DNA from: an uncultured Actinomycetota bacterium
GTDB lineage: Bacteria; Actinomycetota; Actinomycetes; S36-B12; UBA5976
Assembly: GCA_963784905.1 (NCBI GenBank)
Contig: CAWATP010000007.1
Coordinates: forward strand, 14,797-78,796
DNA length: 64,000 nt
Reading direction: 5' to 3'
Below, piece after piece: positions 19,083 to 29,029 of this stretch. Each line of letters starts with the position of its first letter. Position 1 is the stretch's first letter. Below the pieces are notes generated by a model that searched no databases, was not told the origin of the DNA, and saw nothing but the letters and a program-made list of their open reading frames with translations. A program made the translations under genes and the position numbers.

Positions 19083-20438
19083 ATGCGCCGACTGGCCGCC
19101 ATTGTGTTCTCTACCGCGATCGCCGCGACAATGTTCGTCGCGCCCGCGCCAGCCGCACCGTCCACTCCGAGTTGGGTGGCGAACGCGACCATCTACGAGG
19201 TCAACATCCGTCAGTACACGCCCGAGGGCACGTTCAACGCATTCGCCAAGCAGCTGCCGCGTTTGCAGCAGCTTGGTGTCGGCATCCTGTGGCTCATGCC
19301 GATTCAGCCCATCAGCGTCAAGAACCGCAAGGGCACTTTGGGCTCGCCGTACTCCGTTGCCAATTACAAGCAGGTGAATCCGGACTACGGCACGAATGCC
19401 GACTTCACGGCACTCGTCGCGCAGGCGCATGCGCTCGGCATGCACGTCATCCTTGACTGGGTTGCAAACCACACGGGTTGGGACAATCCGTGGATCGCGA
19501 ACAAGTCTTGGTACACGCAAGACAGCAGTGGCAACATCATTTGGCCCGCAGGCACCGACTGGAACGACGTTGCTGATCTCAACTATGACAACGCCGACAT
19601 GCGTGCAGCCATGATCGACGCCATGCGGTACTGGGTTACTGAGTTCGACATTGACGGCTTTCGCTGTGACGTCGCAGGTAGCGTTCCGACTGACTTCTGG
19701 GAATCGGCTTCACACGAACTGCACAAGTACAAGCATGTGTTCATGCTTGCCGAAGACGACAGCAATTTGTCGTTGCTGGACAACGCGTTTACTGCGAACT
19801 ACGGCTGGAAATTCATGAAGTTCGCGAATGGTGTGAGTGGTGGTTCGGCCATGCGTTATGAGTTCACCGGCTACCTGGCGAACCAACGCAACAGTTATGA
19901 CGAGGGCACGTATCCGATGCTGTTCATCACCAACCATGACGAGAACTCGTGGAACGGCACAGAGTTCAAGCGACTCGGGGCCGCAGTCAAACCGCTCGCT
20001 GCGCTCACCTTCATCGCGCCGGGCATTCCTATGCTCTACAACGGGCAAGAGGTTGGCTTCAACCGTCAGTTGCAGTTCTTCGAGAAAGACCCGATCACCT
20101 GGACCGCGTCTCCTGCGTGGACGAACTTCTTCACCAAGTTGATCGCGTTCCGCAAGGCGCACCCGTCTTTGTGGAGTGGTGTTGCGGCCGGCTCCGTGAC
20201 CACATTGAAGAACGACAATGCACAAGTGATTTCGCTGCTCCGGCAGAAGGCCAGTGACAAGGTCGTCTACGTCATGAACCTTTCGTCCAAGGCGCAGAAG
20301 GTGACCGTCGCAGCGGCGGCGGGTGCGGGGGCGCTGCTCGATTATGCGACGGGCAAGCGCGCGGTCTTGAAGAAGAGCCAGAAGCTCGTGCTCAAGCCTT
20401 TCGAGTACCGCATCTGGAGCACCCCGGCCGTCGCCTAG
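19083..20438 (+). CDS. Secreted alpha-amylase family glycoside hydrolase (GH13)
   Basis: GAGGAG RBS, signal peptide MRRLAAIVFSTAIAATMFVAPAPA, and GH13 regions DWVANH, DGFRCDVA and FITNHD. Confidence 0.8.
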   Translation: MRRLAAIVFSTAIAATMFVAPAPAAPSTPSWVANATIYEVNIRQYTPEGTFNAFAKQLPRLQQLGVGILWLMPIQPISVKNRKGTLGSPYSVANYKQVNPDYGTNADFTALVAQAHALGMHVILDWVANHTGWDNPWIANKSWYTQDSSGNIIWPAGTDWNDVADLNYDNADMRAAMIDAMRYWVTEFDIDGFRCDVAGSVPTDFWESASHELHKYKHVFMLAEDDSNLSLLDNAFTANYGWKFMKFANGVSGGSAMRYEFTGYLANQRNSYDEGTYPMLFITNHDENSWNGTEFKRLGAAVKPLAALTFIAPGIPMLYNGQEVGFNRQLQFFEKDPITWTASPAWTNFFTKLIAFRKAHPSLWSGVAAGSVTTLKNDNAQVISLLRQKASDKVVYVMNLSSKAQKVTVAAAAGAGALLDYATGKRAVLKKSQKLVLKPFEYRIWSTPAVA

Positions 20439-20565
20439 GGATTGTCTGTGAGTGCCGCTTTACGAGTTCTGAGGCGCTTACCTGCCTTAGGTGAGAGAGC
20501 GGACATGTCGATGTCGGGGACGCATCTTCGCTCCTGAAGAACGGAGCAGTCATGTGCGCGGTGGT

Positions 20566-23118
20566 TCACCAGGAGGCGGTGGCAGGTTTGCCGTAGAGCC
20601 AGCCCTGCGCAAGTGGCCAGCCCTGCGCGACGAGCAGAGCCTCCTGCTCAGGAGTCTCGACACCTTCAGCAATGGCGTTGAGCTGTAGACCAAGGGCAAG
20701 ACCAAGCAATCCCTCGGCCAATTGGGTTGCGTGACTCTCGCGATTGAGTAAGTCGGCGGTGAACGACTTGTCGAGTTTGAGCCCGGCGATGGGTAGATCG
20801 CGCAGATGGCTGATCGACGAAAAGCCTGTGCCGAAGTCGTCCACCCACCAATGAATGCCAATGTCGGCGAGACGGCTCAGCGTCTGCTTGATACCGTCCG
20901 TGACACGGAAGATGGCGGTCTCTGTTATCTCGAACTTCAGGCGCTGGGGGTCGATACCGTTGCGCGCGATTTCTTCGATGATCCAGTCAGGGAAGGCCTC
21001 CGACGACAGTGACGCGGCAGAGACGTTGAAAGCGAACGACACGTCCACGGGCGCCCTCAGAGCAGCCTCACATGTGAGGCGGAACATGGCCTGGTCGAGC
21101 TCGAGGATCAACCCGCTGCGTTCGGCAATACTGAGGAAGACGTCGGGACCCCACACCGAGCCGTCATCGCGGCGCCAACGCACCAGCGCCTCGTACCCAC
21201 GTTTGGTGCGACTCGGCAACTCCACTAGCGGCATGAACCAAGCCTCGAGGCGACCCGATGCGAGCGCAACTCGTAACTCGGTCTGAATCTGCAGGGCTTC
21301 GCGTGTCTGCGCTCCGATGTTTCCGTCGAGGAACTCCCAGCGATCAGTTCCATTGCGCGAGGCCTGGCGCATCGCAGCGGTGGCGTCGCGCAGCAACTCC
21401 TCGGCATCGTGATATTCAGCCATGGCAATGCCGATTGTGGCGGTGACGTCGATCTCGGTGTCGCCGAGGCGAACGGGGCCTCGCACGGCGTGCAGCAAGC
21501 GCTCTGCAGCTCCAGCGGCGCCAGTGAAACTCACGAGATCGGGCATGAGCACGACAAACTCGTCGCCGGCGATGCGTGCGACGCGATCGTGGGCTCCGAC
21601 TGCCTTTACCAGTCGCTCGGCGACAGTGCGCAGGACGAGGTCGCCGGCCACGTATGTGTAGGCCTGATTGATTTGCGTCATGCCGCTGACACCGACGCAT
21701 AGCAGTGCCCAAGTGGACTCATCGCGATCCTGAAGCATGTCGGCGATACGGAGCAGCGCGGGCCCCTTGCGGGGTAGACCGGTGAGACCGTCAAACGCCA
21801 CCTCATGTTCGAAAGCGTCCTGTGCCGCCATCTCGTCGGCGATATCGCGCACGGCAGCAACGACGCCGGCGTACTGGCCATCGGGACTCGTAATGCAGTG
21901 TCCACGAACCTCACACCAACGTGGCTCACCGAGTTTTGTCTTCAGTCGCACGCGCATTGCTTCTGGAGTTCCACTGACGAGCACATTGAGGTACTCCTCC
22001 ATGATTCCCGCGTCGTCCGGAAAAATGATGAAGGACGTGAGCTGGCCTACGAGCTCCGAAGGCATATAGCCGAGCAATGCCTCTGCAGACGGCGAAACCC
22101 AAGTGATGCGGTCGCGTACGTCGACGGAAAATACGAGATCGCTCGCATTCTCGGCCATCATGCGATACGCGTCGTTAGCCGCATTGAGGTCGTCGACGAG
22201 GGCGATCCTTTCAATCAGCAACCGGTTCTGCTGACGGCTCACGACGTACACGCCCAGGCCAACGGCAACAAGGCTGAATCCCTGGGCGAAGAGCGCCGCT
22301 GTTTCAGTGCTCGCGCCAAGCCCAAGCAGTACCGATTGTGTAAGCCACATTGAGGGCAGGAGACCGAGCAGGACCACCAAGAAGCGCATCACAGAGGCAC
22401 GATCGGGGCGCAGCATGAACCATGACATGGGCGGGCAGTCGGAGCGTGCTATGACCAAAGCCGCGGAGATGGCGAGCAGACTCAGCGCGGTGGCCGGAGC
22501 AATCTGCACCTCCACCTGAAATTGCACGGCATTCGTGGAATGCATCGACGCCGCCACGATGGATACCGTGGGAATGAACGCAGCGAAGGTCACGAGGGCT
22601 AGGCGCAGCCAGTGCGACCAAGCCGACTCCAAGCGCAGCAGGGCAACACCGAAAGCGAGAGCAAGAATCGGGTACGCCGCCTGCAGCGAAGGGCGTCCTG
22701 GCAGCGGTTCTATCGATTTTGCCAGAGCGTCATGAAACCACCAGCTGTCGAGAGCAAGGATGCTGCTGTCGCTCACGTACTCGTAGATGACCAGTACCGC
22801 GGCGATGCCGGTGAGCACAGCGATCGCCCGAGCCAGCAAGAAGCGTTTGGGTTGGCCAACATTGATCTGCAACAAGAGCGCACCTGCGAGCGCAGCTATC
22901 AACAGCGCCGTCCACGGGTGCATTGGGTTCCACGCGGGTACAAACTTGGTGAGTATCTCGATCTGCGTCGCCCAACCAAGCCAATCGACTGCAGTCACAC
23001 CCAGCAGCGTTAGGCAGAGGCCACGCGCGATGCTGCTCAGCACCCTTGCATCTAGCTCTGTGCGGCGCATGACCTTCATGCGCGCATGGTGCTCGCTGCA
23101 CGGCGGTAAAGCCAGCAC
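20566..23118 (-). CDS. Membrane-bound PAS / degenerate-GGDEF / EAL protein (c-di-GMP phosphodiesterase-type)
   Basis: N-terminal multi-TM region and a PAS domain. The GGDEF motif is degenerate (IAGDEF). EAL motifs are intact (YEALVRW, FEITE, DDFGTGFSS, LKLDKSF). The start could be internal (23079). Confidence 0.85.
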   Translation of the reverse strand: MLALPPCSEHHARMKVMRRTELDARVLSSIARGLCLTLLGVTAVDWLGWATQIEILTKFVPAWNPMHPWTALLIAALAGALLLQINVGQPKRFLLARAIAVLTGIAAVLVIYEYVSDSSILALDSWWFHDALAKSIEPLPGRPSLQAAYPILALAFGVALLRLESAWSHWLRLALVTFAAFIPTVSIVAASMHSTNAVQFQVEVQIAPATALSLLAISAALVIARSDCPPMSWFMLRPDRASVMRFLVVLLGLLPSMWLTQSVLLGLGASTETAALFAQGFSLVAVGLGVYVVSRQQNRLLIERIALVDDLNAANDAYRMMAENASDLVFSVDVRDRITWVSPSAEALLGYMPSELVGQLTSFIIFPDDAGIMEEYLNVLVSGTPEAMRVRLKTKLGEPRWCEVRGHCITSPDGQYAGVVAAVRDIADEMAAQDAFEHEVAFDGLTGLPRKGPALLRIADMLQDRDESTWALLCVGVSGMTQINQAYTYVAGDLVLRTVAERLVKAVGAHDRVARIAGDEFVVLMPDLVSFTGAAGAAERLLHAVRGPVRLGDTEIDVTATIGIAMAEYHDAEELLRDATAAMRQASRNGTDRWEFLDGNIGAQTREALQIQTELRVALASGRLEAWFMPLVELPSRTKRGYEALVRWRRDDGSVWGPDVFLSIAERSGLILELDQAMFRLTCEAALRAPVDVSFAFNVSAASLSSEAFPDWIIEEIARNGIDPQRLKFEITETAIFRVTDGIKQTLSRLADIGIHWWVDDFGTGFSSISHLRDLPIAGLKLDKSFTADLLNRESHATQLAEGLLGLALGLQLNAIAEGVETPEQEALLVAQGWPLAQGWLYGKPATASW

Positions 23119-23280
23119 ATGTGCGACCTTTGCCTAGCGGAGCGCGTCACACTGTTGACTGCAGGTTCGAGGGAAACCCTCTGCACATGCTCTGATCCAC
23201 CAACGAGTCTCACGTTATCTAAGCCGGTGCGAATCCGAAGACGCTCCGCCCGGTCGCAGGTCAGAGACCTGTGACAGCAG

Positions 23281-23354
23281 TAGGCCCCGTGGGGCTCGAA
23301 CCCACGACCCACGGATTAAAAGTCCGTTGCTCTAACCAACTGAGCTAGAGGCCC
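23281..23354 (-). tRNA. tRNA-Lys (anticodon UUU)
   Basis: The reverse complement folds as a 74-nt cloverleaf: D-arm GCTCAGTTGGTTAGAGC, anticodon arm ACGGA-CTTTTAA-TCCGT, T-arm GTGGG-TTCGAGC-CCCAC. CCA is not encoded. The acceptor stem as read has G1-U72 and U6-G67 wobble pairs. Confidence 0.85.
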
Positions 23355-23424
23355 ACACCCGGCGAATGCATCACGGCAGCCGTCAGGATTCCTACGGGGA
23401 CGGAGTCTAGTTCCGCGCGCCCGA

Positions 23425-23733
23425 CTAACTCGCCTTGCGCAGGTATTCCTCAAGAGCTTGCCGCGCCAAGGCCGAAACGCTGAGCCCCTGCCTGCCCGCG
23501 ACAGCTTCAGCTCGCGCCCGGAGTTCCGGTGTGATGCGGAAGCCAACGCTGGGGGATGCCTCGTGTCGTCCGGTAAGCGATGGGCGCCCTTTCCGCGGGA
23601 ACGTGACAGTGCCTCGTCCCGCCTCGACCGCCGCTTCAACTTCCGACACGATCAGGTCAATTTCGGGAGCATCGAGTGAGTGAAGACTCGGCGCACGTGA
23701 AGGAGTGTTGTGTGCCCAGTCTTGCTTACTCAT
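23425..23733 (-). CDS. Ribbon-helix-helix (CopG-like) putative antitoxin
   Basis: C-terminal RHH-like segment GFRITPELRARAEAVAGRQGLSVSALARQALEEYL. ATG 23733 overlaps the upstream small ORF by 8 nt. Confidence 0.55.
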   Translation of the reverse strand: MSKQDWAHNTPSRAPSLHSLDAPEIDLIVSEVEAAVEAGRGTVTFPRKGRPSLTGRHEASPSVGFRITPELRARAEAVAGRQGLSVSALARQALEEYLRKAS

Positions 23734-24013
23734 GCTGCAAACCATTCTCGTAGAGAGTCCGGAACTTCGGTCGAAGGTCCATTGCGTGAATCTCCACCAA
23801 GCACTCGTCTTCTTCGATGACGATCAACTCGATCGCTCGTCCGGTCGCATCATCGCCGAGGACGAGCAGGCGAATCCCATGTGCGTCGAGCTCTTCAATC
23901 CGAACAACGACTACTGGGTCGGCCAAGACCTGAAGCACCCGCGCACGACCAACCTTGTGACGACGAGCCGATTGCGTGAACTCAACAGTCGCGCCTTCAT
24001 TATTGTTCAACAC
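23726..24013 (-). CDS. Small putative toxin partner of a type II TA pair (family not recognised)
   Basis: 95 aa, translationally overlapped with the RHH gene. The toxin-first order matches BrnT/BrnA- or HigB/HigA-like modules. The call rests on size and arrangement only. Confidence 0.4.
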   Translation of the reverse strand: MLNNNEGATVEFTQSARRHKVGRARVLQVLADPVVVVRIEELDAHGIRLLVLGDDATGRAIELIVIEEDECLVEIHAMDLRPKFRTLYENGLQHE

Positions 24014-24139
24014 AAATAATCCGTCAATCCTGTGTGAATGTGTGGTCCTCGATCGTCACGGCAGCCGACGTGTTGGGTGCCAAGGTAGGTGCCCAAGTCA
24101 GCCCGCGGGTCGATGTCCACAACGAAGAGCCGACGCCAC

Positions 24140-24566
24140 TGCGACTGCTTCGCACTTCGTCTATACATCAGGACCCAAGGCGTTGACCTCGTCGATTCTG
24201 TTACTCGCAGATCACGCAACGATCGAGACGATCATCACGGAGTGGGGGATGAGCAGCACGATTCTGCGCAACGCTTGGTACGTCGAGAACTACACGCAGC
24301 AACTGCCCACCTATCTGGAACACGGCACGCTCGGTTCCGCTGGCGAAGGCAAAGTGAGCCTGGCGCCGCGCACCGACTTGGCGGAAGCAGCAGTTGTTGT
24401 GCTTTCCCTGGCCGGCATGCCCGAGCCACTGCCGCAGCTCTTCTTCGATGTCGACCGCGGCAGTGCTGCCGGTGCATTGCACGTTCAGGGCAATGACTTG
24501 GAGACCCTGCTCGGTCGACCAGCAACTCCCCTGACGACGGCAATCGCAAACGCTGTCGCCTCGTAG
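24140..24566 (+). pseudogene. Truncated NmrA/SDR-family NAD(P)H-binding oxidoreductase remnant
   Basis: The segment VYTS..ADHATIETIITEWGMSSTILRNAWYVENYTQQLPTYLEHGTLGSAGEGKVSLAPRTDLAEAAVVVL resembles the middle part of NmrA-like proteins. The N-terminal GxxGxxG Rossmann part is missing and the C-terminus is aberrant. Confidence 0.45.
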
Positions 24567-24675
24567 ATTGGTCCCAGCACAGTACGGGTGATGCTCTAGA
24601 ACTGAGCCTCTTGATCTTTGCAGAAAGGCTCGAATAGCCGATGCTTTCGCCAGCAGAACCTGCGAGACTTGGTGT

Positions 24676-26151
24676 ATGGCGTCAGTGGGGGCTCGAACAC
24701 GGGCTTTATGGGTGATTGCACTCGCCGGCTTTGCGGTCTACGCGTTGTCACTCGTGATGCGCCCAGCAGGGGCGCTGTTGCCGTGGTCTGACCTGTGGGT
24801 TGCCAACGGCGTGCTGCTGCTGCTTGCTTTCATTGCATGGGAGCGGCGTACTGTCGACCTTGAATACCGTCCGGCCGTCGTGTGGTTCGCAGTCTCATTG
24901 CTGTCATACGCCGTGGCGAACACGACCTTCTATCTCCAGGAACAGATGGGCTGGCAAACCACCCCTTCGTCGATCGCGGACATTGGCTACTTGGGCTTTT
25001 ATCCAGCGATGTTGCTTGCACTGCAACGAGCATCGCATCAGTCCGTGAGAGGTGACGTTGCGTTCCTGCTCGATGTGGTGATATCCGCACTTGGCGCCTC
25101 GACGATGGCCGCGTTCTTCCTCGCACCGGTGTTGGAGCAGAAGTTGGCCATCTCAGGTGCGAGTTGGCTCGAATACGCAGTCGGCATCGCATACCCGTTA
25201 TGCGACGTATTGCTTATTGGTTGCATCGCCGCCGCACTTGCGGGTGGTGCAGCGAAGTACACAACCGGACTTACCTGGGTGGGGCTGGGGTTGCTGACGT
25301 TTGCGTTTGGCGACTACATCTTTGCCATCAGGATCATCCGAAATACGTACGTTCCCGGTGAACTCCTTGATGTGACCTGGATGCTCGGCTGCCTGATCAT
25401 CGCGATCGCAGTAACGCGTATTCGTAGATCGCGAGGTGTGCGCCCGCGGTACCCGAGTTGGGCTGTGCCCCTAGGCGGAGGGATGCTCGCTCTTGGGGTA
25501 CTGACCGCGGGTGGAGAGCATGCCGCGCATGAACTCGAACGCGCGCTCGCGGTATCGACGCTTCTGGCTTCGTTCTTGCGTTGGATCATCTCCTATCGTC
25601 GGCTCGAGCACTTGGCCGAGCTGCGCGCGCAAGCGACAACTGATGATCTCACGGGTCTTTCCAACCGCCGGGCTTTCTTCCAGGCGATTGAACCAATGCT
25701 CGCGCGGCAGCCTGCTTCGTCACGAGTCGCCGTCGCACTTATCGATCTGGACGATTTCAAGTCGGTGAACGACACCCTTGGCCACAGCGTCGGCAACATC
25801 ATCCTCATCCGCGCGGCGGAGAGCATGCGCTGGGTGGCCGGCCCGCAGGCGTTGGTAGCGCGTTTGGGCGGGGACGAGTTCGCCATAGTCGCAGCCGCAG
25901 AGTCGCTAGCCGTATTGCCGCTGGAAGCGACGTTGCTTGCGCAATCCATCGACGCGCTTGCTCCGGCGGATGGCATGCTGCCAGCGCTGCATGTAAGTGC
26001 GGGGATTTCGTTCTTCCCTGATGATGCCCTGACTGCCGATGAGTTGCTGCGGATTGCTGATGAGCGCATGTACGACATGAAGATCGCCCATCAGCTCGAT
26101 TGGATGTCAAGCAGATCCGCGCGCGCCACTCGAGAGCAGCGCCGCGATTAG
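24676..26151 (+). CDS. Membrane-anchored diguanylate cyclase (GGDEF)
   Basis: About 300 aa of multi-TM N-terminus, followed by DDLTGLSNRRAFF and RLGGDEFAIV. Confidence 0.85.
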   Translation: MASVGARTRALWVIALAGFAVYALSLVMRPAGALLPWSDLWVANGVLLLLAFIAWERRTVDLEYRPAVVWFAVSLLSYAVANTTFYLQEQMGWQTTPSSIADIGYLGFYPAMLLALQRASHQSVRGDVAFLLDVVISALGASTMAAFFLAPVLEQKLAISGASWLEYAVGIAYPLCDVLLIGCIAAALAGGAAKYTTGLTWVGLGLLTFAFGDYIFAIRIIRNTYVPGELLDVTWMLGCLIIAIAVTRIRRSRGVRPRYPSWAVPLGGGMLALGVLTAGGEHAAHELERALAVSTLLASFLRWIISYRRLEHLAELRAQATTDDLTGLSNRRAFFQAIEPMLARQPASSRVAVALIDLDDFKSVNDTLGHSVGNIILIRAAESMRWVAGPQALVARLGGDEFAIVAAAESLAVLPLEATLLAQSIDALAPADGMLPALHVSAGISFFPDDALTADELLRIADERMYDMKIAHQLDWMSSRSARATREQRRD

Positions 26152-26280
26152 TGGCTATACGACCGAGCACAGTGCTCGTATCTCATGCGAGATAACGCGG
26201 ATGCGTCGGCTGTCGTTGTATCCGCGGAGCGCCATATGTTCAGCGCTTCAACCACGGCCCGCTGCCAGTGCCAATTGTGC

Positions 26281-27741
26281 CTACAGCACGTACTCCAGGC
26301 GCGTCATCATGCCTGCTTCCGCGTGATAGATGTTGTGGCAGTGCACCATCCATCGGCCGGGATTGTCGGCTAATAGGTCTACCGACAACGCACCCATCGG
26401 CGGTACGAGCACCGTGTCCTTGCGCGGTCCGGTTCCACCCGCGGCGCCGAGCTGGAAGGTGTGGCCATGGAGGTGAATCGGATGCGACATCATGGACATA
26501 TTGCGGATGAGCAAACGACCCAGTTCGCCTTCACGAACGTTGAGCGGATTGGTGCTTTCGTAGGGCTGTCCGTTCATCGTCCACAGATACGGAGCCATGG
26601 AGCCCGAGAGCAGCAACTCTTGGGTGCTGTCAGGTTCGCGCTGGGGGAGCGCGCTTCTCTGTGCCACTTTCAGTCCTTCGGCCGTCATCGGACGTGCGCT
26701 TAGTTCCGCAGGCTGCACCATCCAGTTCGGCACGGCGCCGGCACCTGTGCGAATCAGTGCACGGGCAATGCCATCCTTGCCATAGGGCAGCGCCACGAGC
26801 GGGAATACCCCGTCGCCAAGAGTGACGGTGAAGTCGTAGCGCTCGCCCATGCCGATGCGAAGTGCCTGCGTGCTCGCGGGCTCCACGGGATAGCCGTCGG
26901 TGTGGGTGATGAGCATGCGGTGCTCGCCGAGTGCCACCGAGTAGATGGTGTCGGCAGATGCATTGATCATGCGAATTCGGACGCGGTCGCCGGGCTTGGC
27001 AGTCAAGGTGTCTGGATCGTTCGGAGTGCGTCCGTTGATGAGGAAGAATGGATACGTGACGTCGCCGCCATCGGCAGCGCCCATTGAGCCCATGCCGCTC
27101 ATACCCATCATGCTGTTGCCCTGCTGCGCTCCGGCCGTCTTCAAGTTCGCAAGATTCTGCTCGGGGCTGGGCCCTACTCCGTCGGTCCAATCGTCGAGTA
27201 CCACGATCCACTCAGCGTCGTATGCACCCGGCTCGGCAGGGTCGTCAATGATGAATGGCGCATATAAGCCGCGATCGAGTTGCAGACCAGTATGCGGATG
27301 GAACCAATGCGTGCCCGGGTCGGGCACGACGAAATCGAAGTTGAAAGTTCCACCCGCCGGCGTCTGCGCAGTCGTCACGCCGGGTACACCGTCCATGTCG
27401 TTGCGGATGGCGAGGCCATGCCAGTGCACACTGGTCCCTTCGGGCAGACTGTTCGTGAACGCAATCTGCACGCGATCACCAGCCGTTGCACGGAGCAGTG
27501 GTCCCGGCACGGAGTTGCCATACGCCCATGTATCAACGACGGTTCCGCCCAGATCGATTTGCGTCGGCTTTGCAGCGAGCGTGAACGACCGAACTTGACC
27601 GGTCATGGTGTTCGGGTCTCGTGTCACCGCTGGGACAGGGCTGGAGTGCCGCTGCAGGAAGCGAGTAGAAATTCCTCCTGCAGCGACGGTGGCTCCGGCG
27701 CCGGTCAGGCCGATGACGAACTGTCGACGCGTGAGTGCCAT
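26281..27741 (-). CDS. Tat-exported multicopper oxidase (CopA/CueO-like)
   Basis: Twin-arginine signal MALTRRQFVIGL; copper ligand motifs HWHG, HPHTG, HPIHLHGH and HCHNIYHAEAGMM; Met-rich insert SMMGMSGMGSMG. Confidence 0.9.
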   Translation of the reverse strand: MALTRRQFVIGLTGAGATVAAGGISTRFLQRHSSPVPAVTRDPNTMTGQVRSFTLAAKPTQIDLGGTVVDTWAYGNSVPGPLLRATAGDRVQIAFTNSLPEGTSVHWHGLAIRNDMDGVPGVTTAQTPAGGTFNFDFVVPDPGTHWFHPHTGLQLDRGLYAPFIIDDPAEPGAYDAEWIVVLDDWTDGVGPSPEQNLANLKTAGAQQGNSMMGMSGMGSMGAADGGDVTYPFFLINGRTPNDPDTLTAKPGDRVRIRMINASADTIYSVALGEHRMLITHTDGYPVEPASTQALRIGMGERYDFTVTLGDGVFPLVALPYGKDGIARALIRTGAGAVPNWMVQPAELSARPMTAEGLKVAQRSALPQREPDSTQELLLSGSMAPYLWTMNGQPYESTNPLNVREGELGRLLIRNMSMMSHPIHLHGHTFQLGAAGGTGPRKDTVLVPPMGALSVDLLADNPGRWMVHCHNIYHAEAGMMTRLEYVL

Positions 27742-27789
27742 GTCAGGTATCCAGTTGACGGAAATCGAGTGTGCCGCTGTCGTGCCAAT

Positions 27790-28710
27790 TCACTCGGCAG
27801 AAATCCCGACCATGTGACGGGTGAAACTGTTGCCGGCATCAGTCGACAGGTAAACCGTCGTACCAACCAACGCGGCAATCTGATTGCCGGATGCGGCGAG
27901 AGCTGAGGGCTGACTGGCCAACGTGCCCACGTTCATCCAGGTGAGCCCGGCATCGGTGGACACAAATACCTTGCCATACACATCTGCGCCGATCATCTTC
28001 ATGCCGGTCGTGCTCAGCAGTGCGAGGAGCGGGGCATCTTTGACGGCGGTAAAGGTCTTACCGGCGTCTGAACTGCGCATCAAGCCCTTTTCCGTGGTGC
28101 CGATCACGGTTGATGCGTCACCGGGAGCAAGCGCGATGTCGTAGAGCGCAGATTTGCCAAGGTCGGCCCATGTTGTGCCGCCATCTTCGCTGCGCAGCAA
28201 GTGATCGTTGGTGGAAGAGATGCCCATTGCAACCTTGCCCAGTGCTACCAAGCGATGGAAGTCAACTTCGCCACTCAGCGACACGTTCTTCCACGTCTTG
28301 CCTGCATCGCTCGACATCATCATCCCGAGGTTGTCCGGAGCGTTCATTCCCATCGCGGGGTGGCCGGACGCCATCCACGTTGAGCCAGACATGGCGAAAC
28401 CCATGAAGTCGAATCCCTCGGTCGAAACCTGAACCGGCTTGTCCTCACCGGTTTGCGCCCACAAGCCGTTGTGTGTGCCAAGCAAGAGGCGCGAGCCGTC
28501 GAAGGCTAAGTTGTGCACATGCCCGCCCATGCCGCTGGCATCAATATTCATATCCGACGTCATGGCGCCGTTGCCGGAACCCATGCTGTTGTTGTTCATC
28601 GAGTCTGTGGTACTCGACGTACCGCAAGCACTCAGCGCCAAGAGGGCCGCAGTGCCGAGGGCAAGCGCGCCCATCCGTCGTGTGTGGGCGGGCATGTGCA
28701 TGAAGCGCAT
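27790..28710 (-). CDS. Lipoprotein with BNR/Asp-box beta-propeller repeats and Met/His-rich segments
   Basis: Lipobox LALSAC and five S-x-D-x-G-x-T-W/F repeats (SSDAGKTW, SEDGGTTW, SSDAGKTF, STDAGLTW, STDAGNSF). Met-rich tracts SMNNNSMGSGNGAMTSDMN and HPAMGMNAPDNLGMMM. It lies 48 nt upstream of the MCO gene. Confidence 0.7.
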   Translation of the reverse strand: MRFMHMPAHTRRMGALALGTAALLALSACGTSSTTDSMNNNSMGSGNGAMTSDMNIDASGMGGHVHNLAFDGSRLLLGTHNGLWAQTGEDKPVQVSTEGFDFMGFAMSGSTWMASGHPAMGMNAPDNLGMMMSSDAGKTWKNVSLSGEVDFHRLVALGKVAMGISSTNDHLLRSEDGGTTWADLGKSALYDIALAPGDASTVIGTTEKGLMRSSDAGKTFTAVKDAPLLALLSTTGMKMIGADVYGKVFVSTDAGLTWMNVGTLASQPSALAASGNQIAALVGTTVYLSTDAGNSFTRHMVGISAE

Positions 28711-29029
28711 CAGGTCATCCTTCGTCAGAGTTCTGCTCTCGACGGTCGATGCCGTCGCCTACTGCAACCCATTCTTTTGGCCGAACCTCTCCATCTCACT
28801 GCTGTTTCATGAAGATTCAGCGAAGGTTGCGGGTTTCGGATACGTCCTGGAGATGGCCGGTGATTCGACGCACCCGTCCGCCAGTTGCTTCAGGCGGCAG
28901 CGCATTTTGGGCCTTTTGCATTGAGGCGAAGGTCCCAAACCGCGCCATTTGGCCATTTCGTTCATCGGATCTTGATGTGATCTTCAGCGGCAGCATCGGG
29001 CGACGCGGCCAAGATTCCCAGTAATCACA

